Shown: positions 30,803 through 41,321, numbered from the stretch's first letter. The stretch is 64,000 bases of DNA from Coleofasciculus sp. B1-GNL1-01 (GCA_040220235.1 JAVJTO010000123.1), one strand, 5' to 3'. Notes: generated from the letters alone by a model not told the origin. Made by a program: numbers and translations.

Positions 30803-33499
30803 CTAAACCATTTGCCGAACCATCAACTGAGCAAATAACCCCTCCACCGCCGCCAACTCCTCAAACGTTCCCTGTTGCACGATCCGCCCCCCTTCAATAA
30901 CATAGATACGGTGAGCATGGCGAATCGTGCTGAGTCGATGGGCAATCACTAGCCGAGTCACCTGTAACTGATCCAAACTTGCACTGACAATCCCTTGAGT
31001 GCGATTATCTAACGCACTGGTCGCCTCATCAAAGAGTAAAATTCGCGGTTTCAAGACCAACGCCCTGGCTATCAATAACCGTTGCTGTTGTCCCCCCGAC
31101 AAATTCCCGCCCCCCTCACTAATTACCGTATGCATTTCCATCGGCATTGCTGCAATATCATCCGCTAACCCCGCCATCCGCGCCGCGTCCCAGGCTTCAT
31201 CCAACGTAATTTGAACCCCACTGGCAATGTTCTCAAAAATGCTCCCGGACAAAATCCGACCATTTTGCAGCACCACACCCAACTGTCGGCGCACGGCGTT
31301 AATATCTAGCCCCGATAAGGCTTGACCATCATAATCAATCGTTCCCGACTCCGGGGTTTCAAATCCCAGCAATAATCGAAACAGCGTCGATTTCCCACTC
31401 CCAGAACGCCCGACAATGGCAATAAATTCCCCAGGTTCGGCATGAATACTCAAATTATCCAGGATCAGGGGAGCATCATCCCGGTAGCGGAAGCTCACCT
31501 GATTCACCCTAATTCTACCCATCAGTTTACCAGGATCTGCCTTGCTTAAACTCACCTCAGGTCTCGTCTCGACAATCGGCTGGAGACGTTGCCATTGGGG
31601 AATCACTTGCAAAACGTCCAGCGTTGTGTTACTTAAATCCGTAACCCCTTTAATAAACGTGCCAAATGCAGTGTTGAACGCCAAAAACGTGCCAATGGAG
31701 AGTCCCACATTCCCTGGGGTTTCCGCCGCCTCCAGCCGTTGCATCGTCAACCCAAACAGTAATCCCGATGCTAGGGTAGGCATGACCGTATTGAACAGCG
31801 TCACACTATCCTTAATCTGCTGCGTACTCAGATTCAGCTTCACTTGGCGACTATAGTTGTTACTCCACGTCGCAAACGCCCGCCCTTGGGCACCGGCGAT
31901 GCGGAGTTTTGCCATACCGTTAATCAACTGCACCGTCTGTCCGAAAATTGTCCCCTGCAGGGTTAGCAGTCGATAGGTTTTACCCACCAGCAAGGAACTC
32001 GCGATGAGAGTCAAGGCAATTGCTACCACCGCCACGACAACCGCCACCCAAGCCAATGGTACACTATAGTAAAATAACAGCGCCAAATTCAGCAATGCCA
32101 ACCCAGCGCCAATAAAATGAATCACCGTCGTACCACCGAGTTGGCGGCGGATTTGACTAATGGAGGCGACACGAGACTGTAAGTTCCCCGCACTGTAGCG
32201 GCGGAAAAAATAGACCGGTAAATTCAGCAATCGCTCCCAGACAGCCGCTTGGGTAGAGGTATCAGCCACCGTTTCCACTCGCAGCAGCGCCAACCCTTGA
32301 GCAAACAGAAACAACGCCATTCCCATCGCCGCCACCAACAGTCCCGCCCCAACTTGCCATAATAAAGTGCGATCGCTATTCGGAATCGCCTGATCCATTA
32401 AAATAGCCGTAGCTTGAGGCGTCAGCATACCCAACACCGTTGCGGCTATACCGGTGCCAAGAACCATGGGCAAGTCCTGAACCCGCCCCTTTATGCTAAA
32501 CTGCAAGACATCCCACGCCGTCAGCACCTTATCCGGCAGCGTCCGATAAAACATCCAGGCAAAAGCCGTCAAGGTTGAGGCATTCCGGGCAGTTACCGCT
32601 GTACGAGTCCCCAGCACGGGGTCAAAGATATCATAGCCCGTGGCTTTCCTGGGCAACAGCACAACAAGCTGATTATCACACTGTCTGTAGGCAACTAAAG
32701 CCCCACAATCCTTTTTCCACCAATCCTCTCGCAACAACACCCGCCGCATCTGAATCCGAGAGGCTCGCATAATCGCCTCCAACGGTTCCCTCAGCCGCTG
32801 GACATCTTCCGATTGACTCCCAGGGCGGATGGGGACACCCAACGCTTTTCCCACTGCACCCGCCGCCACTAACAAGGGTGAAGGGTTCAGGGAATCGGAG
32901 GTGGCTGGGGTTGCCAAGGTTGATGCCAATTCCCCGATGGCTTGGGCATTTACCTGACGATTCAGACATTCCTCGGCTTCCAGGCGTTGCTGGTGTTCGC
33001 GGTACTCGCGTTCTTCCTGGCGCTGAATCTGGTCAAATAACTGACCATGAACCTGGGATAACGTTTCCACCAGCGCATCAGGTTTAGACGTAATTTCGGC
33101 AACTCCCTGACATCGGCTCTCGGTTTCGCGATCGCAGTATACCGTATAAACCTGTTGAAGCCAACCCGCTATCCAGTTCCTGACGTTATCATCCCCCGTG
33201 GTAATTAACTGGCGAAACCATGTCCCGTCCAATTTTAGCAGCTCGGTCTCCCCAATCGGTACAACCAACAACTGGCGAAAAGACCCAGAAGCGGTGCCAA
33301 AAAGTGCCGCGCCAGAGTCACAACTAAATAGATAACGCCGAATTCCTTCTATCACACCTTGGTTTACCTTAACGGCAAATAGGGCAACAGAACCCGACTG
33401 CACCAGCCAAACCGTCTGCGGGTCATCTAATAAGAATGGCTGATTTCCGTTAATTTTGTAAACTTGTCCCGGTAATTCTCGAATGGTTGGTGAAATCAT
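30803..33499 (-). CDS. NHLP-type bacteriocin export ABC transporter, permease/ATPase subunit
   Basis: N-terminal VWLVQSGSVALF region, peptidase-less, GRSGSGKST, LSGGQ, FDEATSALD. Confidence 0.9.
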   Translation of the reverse strand: MISPTIRELPGQVYKINGNQPFLLDDPQTVWLVQSGSVALFAVKVNQGVIEGIRRYLFSCDSGAALFGTASGSFRQLLVVPIGETELLKLDGTWFRQLITTGDDNVRNWIAGWLQQVYTVYCDRETESRCQGVAEITSKPDALVETLSQVHGQLFDQIQRQEEREYREHQQRLEAEECLNRQVNAQAIGELASTLATPATSDSLNPSPLLVAAGAVGKALGVPIRPGSQSEDVQRLREPLEAIMRASRIQMRRVLLREDWWKKDCGALVAYRQCDNQLVVLLPRKATGYDIFDPVLGTRTAVTARNASTLTAFAWMFYRTLPDKVLTAWDVLQFSIKGRVQDLPMVLGTGIAATVLGMLTPQATAILMDQAIPNSDRTLLWQVGAGLLVAAMGMALFLFAQGLALLRVETVADTSTQAAVWERLLNLPVYFFRRYSAGNLQSRVASISQIRRQLGGTTVIHFIGAGLALLNLALLFYYSVPLAWVAVVVAVVAIALTLIASSLLVGKTYRLLTLQGTIFGQTVQLINGMAKLRIAGAQGRAFATWSNNYSRQVKLNLSTQQIKDSVTLFNTVMPTLASGLLFGLTMQRLEAAETPGNVGLSIGTFLAFNTAFGTFIKGVTDLSNTTLDVLQVIPQWQRLQPIVETRPEVSLSKADPGKLMGRIRVNQVSFRYRDDAPLILDNLSIHAEPGEFIAIVGRSGSGKSTLFRLLLGFETPESGTIDYDGQALSGLDINAVRRQLGVVLQNGRILSGSIFENIASGVQITLDEAWDAARMAGLADDIAAMPMEMHTVISEGGGNLSGGQQQRLLIARALVLKPRILLFDEATSALDNRTQGIVSASLDQLQVTRLVIAHRLSTIRHAHRIYVIEGGRIVQQGTFEELAAVEGLFAQLMVRQMV

Positions 33500-33666
33500 G
33501 GGTTTTGAAGTAAATTGATTTTAAAGTTAACGGTTGAATAAATTCAAGTCATAAACTCGGCAAAAGGGGCGGGTTTAGTCGCATTTAGTTGCAACCAAAA
33601 AGATAGTTGTGAAACCCGCCCCTACAGATACATCCTGCCCAAAAAGCGTTGCGAAGGAACCCTTTA

Positions 33667-33766
33667 CAAATGACCAATGACAAATGACCAATGACAAATG
33701 ACCAATGACAAATGACCAATGACAAATGACCAATGACAAATGACCAATGACAAATGACCAATGACC
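33667..33766. repeat. STRR (CAAATGA/CCAATGA)n
   Basis: Tandem heptamers between the two ABC genes. Confidence 0.9.
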
Positions 33767-33769
33767 AAC

Positions 33770-35980
33770 TTATTGATTTTGAATCAAGGTTGAATACACA
33801 CCCTCCACCTGCCACAAATCTTGATGAGTCCCTTGTTGCACAACCTTTCCCCGTTCCAAAACAATAATTTGATCACAATCTCGAATCGTACTTAATCGGT
33901 GTGCCACAATCAAACAAGTACAGCCACGCCGCCGCAGATTCTCGTCAATCATCCGTTCCGTTTCAGCATCCAAAGCACTCGTCGCTTCATCCATAATCAA
34001 AATAGAGGGATTATTCACCAACGCTCTAGCAATTTCCAACCGCTGCCGTTGACCGCCACTTAAATTAGCCGCATTTGCGATCAATTGAGCATCATATCCT
34101 CCAGGTAGCGAGACAATCACATCATCAATAACCGCATCCTGACAAGCGCGAACAAGATTTGTTTCCGGGATTGTGGGATTCCAGAGGGTCAAATTATCCC
34201 GAACCGTGCCACCAAATAACTGAATCGTCTGCTCAACCATTGCTACAGAATGAGTGAGAACTTGATCCGGTATTTCAGTTCTAAGTTGACCATCAAAATA
34301 AATATCTCCTGACCAGGGTTGATACAGTCCACTGATCAGTTTAGCCAGAGTAGATTTTCCCGAACCACTACTACCCACCAAAGCAATGCGCTGTCCCGGT
34401 AAAACCTTGAGACTAAAGTTTTCAATCAGGGGGGGATCAACTCGGCTGTAGCCAAACGTAATCGCCTGTAACTCAACATAACCTTGTAACTTGGGATATT
34501 GACTCTTGAACTTAGCAGGTTTTGGCGCAACCTGGGGGTCAATTGGGTTACACAAAACATCATCAAGGCGAATTAAATTCCCCTCCAGTTCCTGAAGCAT
34601 ACTAGCAAAACTGACTAAATTATTCACAGGCAACAAAAAGCTCTGCATTAACCCTTGAAATGCCACCAGCATCCCTATACTCAGATATCCATCCATCACC
34701 CGCCACCCGCCAACCACTAATAAAACTAGGGACGAAAGCGCTGATAAAACGGTGGGTAATACCGAGAAAATCTGATTAGTAACATCCAATTCCTGCTGAG
34801 AATTAATCGCTTTCGTATAGTACCCCGCCCAACGAGAAAATACATCGGACTCTAAACCCGAAGCTTTAACCGTCTCAATACTTTGAAGCGCCGCAATAGA
34901 CGCCCCCGCTGCCTTACCATGCTCTTGAATTAAGCGTTGATTCGCATCTTTGCGTTTCCGGGAGACGGACTGTAAGATAAAAACATTCACCGCCGCAAAA
35001 CCAACAACAATTCCCGTCATAATTGGGTCATACTGTACCATGACTAGCCCATAAAAAATCACCATCACGGCATCAATTACCGTCGTCGTCAACCGTCCCG
35101 ACAGCACCTCCGCCACTTGGTCATTGAGACGACTACGATAAGTAATTTCTCCAGCAAATCGTTGGGCATAAAAATCAACCGGTAAGCGCAGGATATGCCA
35201 GAGAAAGCGACTGGACATTCCCACAGACAGTTTCACCTTCAGGCGGCGCAAATACCGCAAGCGTAGCTGAGTCAACAGTCCTTGCAGAATCGCTGTAATT
35301 CCTACACCAATAAGTAACGGACGCAGCCATTGTTGGCGTCCCTGAATCAAGATTTCATCAACAAAGATTTGGCTAAAGACGGGAATTGCCATGCCCACGA
35401 GGGTCAATAAAAATCCTGCCACTATGCAGTACATTAAAGCGCCCACTGTACCTTGTAGCCGTTCCCACAAGGCGAGAATTGTGCTAAATTTGCGCCCCCC
35501 TTTGACAAAATCAGAATTGGGTGTCATCACCAGGACGATACCTGTATAACTGGCATCAAATTCCGAGAAAGACACCGTTCGTGGACCTGTACCCGGGTCA
35601 TTTACGTAAACCTGTCGCTTACCAATTCCTTCTACAACTAAAAAGTGATTGAAATTCCAAAAAATAATATAAGGCGGGCGCAAATCTGGAAGGTCTTGGA
35701 TTTCCTGTTTATAGCCTTGGGCGTCGAGTCCATAGAGTCTAGCCGCTTTAAGAATATTCGCCGCTTTACTACCATCGCGAGACACACCACAGGTTTGCCG
35801 CAATTCAGGTAGGGGGACGATGCGACCATAGTAACTTAAAATAATACCCAAAGCAGCCGCACCACATTCCCCGGCTTCCATTTGCAAAAGTGTGGGCGTT
35901 TTTACCCGCCTATGGCGACGTTTTAGCCGTTTTTTAAGGGATTGAAAAGGGGTAATGAATGTCACGAATACAGTCGTCAT
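33770..35980 (-). CDS. NHLP-type bacteriocin export ABC transporter with C39 peptidase
   Basis: TPTLLQMEAGECGAAAL (catalytic Cys), WNFNHFLVVEG, NDPG; GSSGSGKST, LSGGQRQR; ATG at 35980 preferred. Confidence 0.93.
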   Translation of the reverse strand: MTTVFVTFITPFQSLKKRLKRRHRRVKTPTLLQMEAGECGAAALGIILSYYGRIVPLPELRQTCGVSRDGSKAANILKAARLYGLDAQGYKQEIQDLPDLRPPYIIFWNFNHFLVVEGIGKRQVYVNDPGTGPRTVSFSEFDASYTGIVLVMTPNSDFVKGGRKFSTILALWERLQGTVGALMYCIVAGFLLTLVGMAIPVFSQIFVDEILIQGRQQWLRPLLIGVGITAILQGLLTQLRLRYLRRLKVKLSVGMSSRFLWHILRLPVDFYAQRFAGEITYRSRLNDQVAEVLSGRLTTTVIDAVMVIFYGLVMVQYDPIMTGIVVGFAAVNVFILQSVSRKRKDANQRLIQEHGKAAGASIAALQSIETVKASGLESDVFSRWAGYYTKAINSQQELDVTNQIFSVLPTVLSALSSLVLLVVGGWRVMDGYLSIGMLVAFQGLMQSFLLPVNNLVSFASMLQELEGNLIRLDDVLCNPIDPQVAPKPAKFKSQYPKLQGYVELQAITFGYSRVDPPLIENFSLKVLPGQRIALVGSSGSGKSTLAKLISGLYQPWSGDIYFDGQLRTEIPDQVLTHSVAMVEQTIQLFGGTVRDNLTLWNPTIPETNLVRACQDAVIDDVIVSLPGGYDAQLIANAANLSGGQRQRLEIARALVNNPSILIMDEATSALDAETERMIDENLRRRGCTCLIVAHRLSTIRDCDQIIVLERGKVVQQGTHQDLWQVEGVYSTLIQNQ

Positions 35981-36055
35981 GATTCCAATTTTATAGGCTA
36001 CCAGTCTCACCCTGGGTTATCGAATCGGTTGCCAGATGGATAACTCATCACTGGG

Positions 36056-36174
36056 CTTTAATTAAAACAATAAGCCAATAAATTTTTCGATGCAGTCCCA
36101 GTTTCTGCCAAGGTTATGGTAAGAAGGGGACAGATTAATTACACAATCCGGTGATTGCCCTTACCGAAAACTGC
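36056..36174 (-). promoter_or_regulatory. Conserved operator/promoter of the peptide-exporter ABC genes
   Basis: TTACCGAAAACTGC at 36161 and CTTTAATTAAAAC at 36056; same 105-bp offset as the copies at 41203-41321 and 46691-46809. Confidence 0.8.
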
Positions 36175-36405
36175 CACCCTCGTTTACGTCGGGATTATGT
36201 CACCTTTGTCATGGTGTGGCACAGTAACAGTAAGATTCCCATCAGGGCGGGTTTTGTTGAGAGGTTATCGGTCAATATCAACATTAAATGGCTAAACCCG
36301 CCCCTACAATTGACCTCATACCCTCATCCCCTCTTATCCCCCTACTGGCTTGATACAGCTAAGATTGTGGAATAGATTTCACCATTGAATCGGGCGCACG
36401 TCGGT

Positions 36406-36657
36406 CATTGGTGTCAACTTAAGGTTAACCCCTCACCCCCAGCCCCTCTCCCACGCCGGGGAGAGGGGAGCAAGAGCATCCGATCCCCCTTCTCCCGTGC
36501 AACAAAAGCGAAGCATCTGCTGTCCTCCCCCCTCTTGTAGGGGGGAACGAGGGGGGTGGAGAAGGGGTTAGGGGATGAGGGGGAAATGTTGAGGAATAGA
36601 TAGACACGGTGTAAAACCTTGCCAGCATTGGTTTTCGACCTTAAGTTGACACGGATG
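36406..36657. mobile_element. MITE-like element with GTGTCAACTTAAGGT terminal inverted repeats
   Basis: GTGTCAACTTAAGGT (36411-36425) and ACCTTAAGTTGACAC (36638-36652); interrupts a GCACGTCGGT REP-like repeat; internal palindromes also near 23400-23497 and 28737-28845. Confidence 0.6.
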
Positions 36658-36732
36658 CACGTCGGTGCTAACCTACGGTTTCGGGGCTAATGGTTAATTC
36701 ATCAAATAAGGTGTGCCACACCATTACTCTCT

Positions 36733-38178
36733 TTAATAAATGCCACTACTCGACCTAAGAATCGGTAGAATAAACGTAATTGGCGCTCGTTCTTCTATCG
36801 TCACGCGAACGGTGGTGGTGGTTCCCGAAGAGATGTTGAGTTCAGGTCCTTTAGAAGATGACCATTTGTAACCACTAAATGTTGTAGAATCAGGATGGAG
36901 GTCAGCGACAACTTGCATCAGTCCTGCTGGCTGATTGGATACCAAATCGGCGACGATTTCTGGATTACCGACAACCTTCGCGGCGGCGGCTTGGGTGATG
37001 GGAAAGGTGGAAATATCTTTAACGGTACCGACGATACCGCCAAAGCGTTCCCGCTTCACGGTTTGGGGTGTGATTTGTAGCGTCATACCGGGTTTAATTT
37101 TTTTGCCGTCGCCAACGGAGAAATAGGTAATTCCCACCATTTCGCTGTCGGGATGTGCCGCGTCTAGGGTTGCCAAACGGGTTCCAGGGTTGACCACTTG
37201 TCCAGGATTAACCGCGAGTTCGACAATGCGTCCGCTGTGGGGGCTGATAATTTGGCTATTCTCATTTAATTGTACTTCCAGTTGGGCAATGTCGCGCTGA
37301 ACCGCTTGAATTTCTTTCTGGCGCAGGGTGACGGCTTCTAAGTCTTCTTGGGCGAGATTGGCTTGGCGACTCTCGAGGGCTTGGAGTTGCGATCGCAAGT
37401 TAGTAATAGTACTTAGGTTATCACGATAGGCTTTTTCTTGCTCGGTTGCTGTAACATCGAGTTCTGTTAACTGGGTTTGGAGTTTAGAGATGGTATCCTG
37501 GTTCTCTTGAACTTGCACTTGAGCATCCAGCAGAACATCATGAGTAATCACTCGTTCGGCAAAAAGTTGCTGACGGATGTCTAATCTCTGTTGATAAATA
37601 GGAGTCATCCCCTGAACTTGCTGTAAGCTTTGTTGCAGGCTTTGGCGTTGTTGTTTCAGAGATTCATTACTGGTAGTTTTAAGTAATGGGGTTAAGGATT
37701 GGAGTTCCTGAATCCGTTGCTGGAGGTATTGGCGTTGCTGTTGAATCGAGTGTTTTTCCTGTTCAATTCGCAGGGCTTGCAGTGAACTAACGGCTTGGTT
37801 TTGGGACTGGAGTTGGGCGAGTTTAGTTCGTTGCTGTTGGAGTTGTTTTTGGAGTTCAGTTTGGTTAATAGTTCCCAGAATTTGACCTTTTTTAACGGTA
37901 TCTCCTACTTCGACAGTTAAATCGGATAATTGCCCGGAATTTTTGGATTGAAGTGGGACAACGTTGCTAGGGTAAACCAAGACACCGCGCCCTTCAATCG
38001 TGATGGGAATGCGTCCGTAAATACTCCAGAATCCCGCAGCGGCGACTAAAGAGGTTAAGGAGAGTAAAGGAAGCCAACTTTTGGGGTTGACGACTTCCAT
38101 AAGTTGGTCTAGCCGTTCGGGAGAGGATAAACGTTCTAGAGATTTTTCTCGAAATAGAGTTTGTTTTTGAGTTAGCAT
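36733..38178 (-). CDS. NHLP bacteriocin system secretion protein (HlyD-type membrane fusion protein)
   Basis: LFREKSLERLSSPERLDQLM N-terminus, TM, long coiled coil, YKWSSSKGP. Confidence 0.92.
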   Translation of the reverse strand: MLTQKQTLFREKSLERLSSPERLDQLMEVVNPKSWLPLLSLTSLVAAAGFWSIYGRIPITIEGRGVLVYPSNVVPLQSKNSGQLSDLTVEVGDTVKKGQILGTINQTELQKQLQQQRTKLAQLQSQNQAVSSLQALRIEQEKHSIQQQRQYLQQRIQELQSLTPLLKTTSNESLKQQRQSLQQSLQQVQGMTPIYQQRLDIRQQLFAERVITHDVLLDAQVQVQENQDTISKLQTQLTELDVTATEQEKAYRDNLSTITNLRSQLQALESRQANLAQEDLEAVTLRQKEIQAVQRDIAQLEVQLNENSQIISPHSGRIVELAVNPGQVVNPGTRLATLDAAHPDSEMVGITYFSVGDGKKIKPGMTLQITPQTVKRERFGGIVGTVKDISTFPITQAAAAKVVGNPEIVADLVSNQPAGLMQVVADLHPDSTTFSGYKWSSSKGPELNISSGTTTTVRVTIEERAPITFILPILRSSSGIY

Positions 38179-38302
38179 GATTGATTCAGAAGCATCCCCC
38201 GATTTGACGTCGGGGGAGTGTTAATTACAATCTGGTTAGTGTCAGGACTAAGCTGTTATGCATTTAGTTTTTTGACCCGAAAATCTTGAAGGAGTCTGGG
38301 CT

Positions 38303-38539
38303 TCAGAACAGCGTATAAGGGTATTTACTGAACTGCGGTTTTGCAATATACCATCCACCAGATACGGTTTCCAACTGTTCATCGGATAGTTCTTCCGCCC
38401 CAAGGCTAGCCGTCAAATTTTGGGTAGATTTCATGGCTTGGACTTCATCTAAGTTTTTTCCTCCCGTTGTTAATGACAACGATTGTGGCTGAGTTTTAGA
38501 TTCAGACATCTTGGCAAAAAATGGATTGATGTTAGGCAT
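38303..38539 (-). CDS. Double-glycine leader peptide precursor 1; core WYIAKPQFSKYPYTLF
   Basis: ELSDEQLETVSGG cleavage motif; RBS CGGAG; adjacent to a C39 exporter. Confidence 0.85.
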   Translation of the reverse strand: MPNINPFFAKMSESKTQPQSLSLTTGGKNLDEVQAMKSTQNLTASLGAEELSDEQLETVSGGWYIAKPQFSKYPYTLF

Positions 38540-38788
38540 TTGATTTTCTCCGTTATTTTTGCGGGTTATGAGGACTCTTTTATTACAAAAAATAGAACAG
38601 TCTATTTTTTGGTGTCCTACTCCATTAATACTAATCGCAATCTATTCTAATTGAGTAGTACTATTTTTTGGTAAAATAGGATATTTATTTGAATAAATAT
38701 ATTGATTTAAAAAATAAATTACACAAAATAAAAGCCGATCATTTTCTGGAACTGCCGACTTCCCTAACTTGGCTTATTTTTCAGAAAA

Positions 38789-38842
38789 TTATAAACGCTC
38801 TAGCAATTTTTTTTGAAATAGCGTGTGTTTTTGAGTCAGCAT
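38789..38842 (-). pseudogene. Remnant copy of the first 17 codons of the HlyD-type gene
   Basis: MLTQKHTLFQKKLLERL* versus MLTQKQTLFREKSLERL; the upstream hairpin is duplicated too. Confidence 0.8.
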
Positions 38843-39023
38843 GATTGATTCAGAAGAATCCCCCGATTTGAGGTCGGGGGAGTGTTAATTACAATCTAGT
38901 TAGGGTCAGGATTATGCATTAAGCTATAGTCCATTGTTAGCGGCTCATAACGTATCATTACCTTACCGTTATAGATTGCGTAGATACGTTAATTGTGTTC
39001 GTTTAAATTTGGCTAAATTTCGG

Positions 39024-39242
39024 TTACCAAAAGGCAATCCAATAAGGATAAGATGAACCACCAGCTATAGTTTTCAACTGTTCATCAGATAGTTCTTCCG
39101 CCCCAAGGCTAGCTGTCAAATTTTGGGTAGATTTCATGGCTTGGATTTCATCTAAGCTTTTTCCTCCCATTGTTAATGACAACGACTGTTGCTGAGTTTG
39201 AGATTCAGACATCTTGGCAGAAAATGGATTGATGTTAGACAT
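39024..39242 (-). CDS. Double-glycine leader peptide precursor 2; core SSYPYWIAFW
   Basis: ELSDEQLKTIAGG; leader nearly identical to precursor 1. Confidence 0.85.
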   Translation of the reverse strand: MSNINPFSAKMSESQTQQQSLSLTMGGKSLDEIQAMKSTQNLTASLGAEELSDEQLKTIAGGSSYPYWIAFW

Positions 39243-39426
39243 TTACTTTTCTCCGTTGTTTTTTTGGTTTATAAGGACTCTTGTATTACAAAAGATAGAC
39301 TGTTCTATCTATTGGCGTCCTACTACATTAATACTAATCGTAATCTAGTCTGATTGAGTAGTATTGTTTTTCGGTGAAATAGGATGTTTTTTAGGGTTGA
39401 AATTTTCAACAAATGTGAATAACTAG

Positions 39427-39451
39427 AAAAAGAGGGTATAAACTACCCTCT
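39427..39451 (-). terminator. Rho-independent terminator after precursor 3
   Basis: Minus strand AGAGGGTA-GTTTA-TACCCTCT-TTTT. Confidence 0.65.
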
Positions 39452-39519
39452 GCTTTTGCAAAAATTCAGTCGCTTTTAAAGCGATTAAGCTGTATACCAA
39501 TTAAAATGTCATAACAGCT

Positions 39520-39678
39520 TCACTTGTACCACCAGAAAAATAGACCCCCGGCAACAGTCTCCAATTGTTGGTCGGATAACTCTTTTGCTTTTTCCTCTTG
39601 GATAGGTCGGGCAAAGACTGTTGTTTTGGAGCCCGTAATGGCGACTTTATTGGTCAAAAATTGATTGATGTTAGACAT
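39520..39678 (-). CDS. Double-glycine leader peptide precursor 3; core LFFWWYK
   Basis: Start MSNINQF (cf. MSNINPF, MPNINPF), ELSDQQLETVAGG; RBS GAGG. Confidence 0.8.
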   Translation of the reverse strand: MSNINQFLTNKVAITGSKTTVFARPIQEEKAKELSDQQLETVAGGLFFWWYK

Positions 39679-39988
39679 GATATTTTTCCTCTTGTAGTTT
39701 GGCATCGAGCATTTGGGAACTTAAAGCTATCTTGGGTTTTGAAAAGATAATCTTTTCATTTTTGCTTTAATTCTGCTCTATTAATAATCTTAAGGGTTAT
39801 AAGTACAGGTTTAATAGGACAAAATTTAGCTAATTAATTTAGACAAATACCTGTTATATGTAAGGTTTTGACAAAGTAAAATACCCAACTTTTTATAGAA
39901 GTTAGGCATTTAAGAGTAATGCAGATATAAGTTGATTTTTTAGTATCTCAACAGATCAAGAAATCAAGTTGTTGATTAAAGTCCATGA

Positions 39989-41125
39989 TTATTGCTTATT
40001 CTTGCGTTTCCGCAGAGTATTTGCTCCCCAAGTACCAAAGATAAGAATCCCCAAAATAGAAGAGGGTTCTGGCACCGAAGCCGTAGGGCGAACTTTACCC
40101 GCCATCACATCATCGATGAAACTGGCATAAGTGGATACTCGTGTAACACCAGCAAATTCACCGAAACTAGCATTAGCGACTCCTTCAATGACAACATCTG
40201 TAATTGGATTGTCTGGGAACAGGCGAATGTTAATAATGCCATCTCCATCAGTATCCCAAACGTCAGAAAAACCAAAAGAGGTAATTCCGGCAATCAACTT
40301 GTTCCCTTCGTCGTCGAGGAGGAATGAGGGTCCTCCTGAATCACCTGGTCCTGGAGTAACTTCGTTGAATCCTAACCCTAAGTCATGGATACCAAAGTGG
40401 ACACCAAAGGCATCATTTTCCGGATTGCCGTTGTCAAAATCAAACAACAACTGGCTTGTAGTATCTTTAGGAAAGAACTCTTCAGGTAGCTGAGAAGCAC
40501 CTTGAAAAATATCAATAAATGCATCAAATTGATTCTGTCCAAAGCGTTTCCTGCCATCAAATAATGATTCATCGAATCCTTCAGAGCCAATGCCAGTATT
40601 GCCATATCCTACTATTGTAAAAATCTGACTAATTTCATCTGACCCTCGATAAATATCATATTGTTCAATACTTGTGGGAGCTGGTTTTGCCAGCTTTAAT
40701 ATAGCAATGTCACCTTCTACAGAGAATGTATTAAAATCTGGAAACACAAAAAAATCAGTAACGGCGATTTCCTCAAACATTGCATTTGTATTGGGTAAAA
40801 TCGCAAAATCTGAAGAAAAAATTGGCTCGTTATCAAGATTAAAAATTGCTGTCGTACTTCCCACTGTATCTGGATAAAATTCTCCATCTTGGTTTATGAG
40901 ACAATGGGCAGCTGTGAGCAGGTGTAACCCTCCAGGTAGAAGTGAACTACTACAATAAAATTTTCCAGCTTCTGTTAGAGCGGCAACGCCACTAAAATCG
41001 AAAGGATCAACCAAAGCATTAACTGACTCATCCGGAGTAACAATGGCTTTGGCGACTTCTCCTGTGCCTAGGGTGACGAATGCTGTTCCCAGTACAGCGA
41101 TTGATGCTTGCTTGAGAATTGACAT
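39989..41125 (-). CDS. Secreted trypsin-like serine protease with PEP-CTERM sorting signal
   Basis: Signal peptide; LTAAHC, GDIAILKL, GDSGGP triad; C-terminal VPEPSS-TM-RKRKNKQ. Confidence 0.9.
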   Translation of the reverse strand: MSILKQASIAVLGTAFVTLGTGEVAKAIVTPDESVNALVDPFDFSGVAALTEAGKFYCSSSLLPGGLHLLTAAHCLINQDGEFYPDTVGSTTAIFNLDNEPIFSSDFAILPNTNAMFEEIAVTDFFVFPDFNTFSVEGDIAILKLAKPAPTSIEQYDIYRGSDEISQIFTIVGYGNTGIGSEGFDESLFDGRKRFGQNQFDAFIDIFQGASQLPEEFFPKDTTSQLLFDFDNGNPENDAFGVHFGIHDLGLGFNEVTPGPGDSGGPSFLLDDEGNKLIAGITSFGFSDVWDTDGDGIINIRLFPDNPITDVVIEGVANASFGEFAGVTRVSTYASFIDDVMAGKVRPTASVPEPSSILGILIFGTWGANTLRKRKNKQ

Positions 41126-41202
41126 TGATTCTTTATCTCCAAAACGACAATTTCCTGTTGTTCCTATCCTTGAGCGGTAATCTATCCGGGTGAAAACCTG
41201 TT

Positions 41203-41321
41203 CTTTAATTAATACGATAAGGAAACTAACTTAAGGATGCATTCCCTGTTTGTGCCAAGGTGATGGTAGAAACTGGACAAGTCAATGGCATAATACTGTC
41301 ACCACCGTTGCCGAAAACTGC
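41203..41321 (-). promoter_or_regulatory. Conserved operator/promoter of the PEP-CTERM protease
   Basis: CTTTAATTAATAC at 41203; TGGCATAATACTGT at 41286; TTGCCGAAAACTGC at 41308. Confidence 0.8.
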
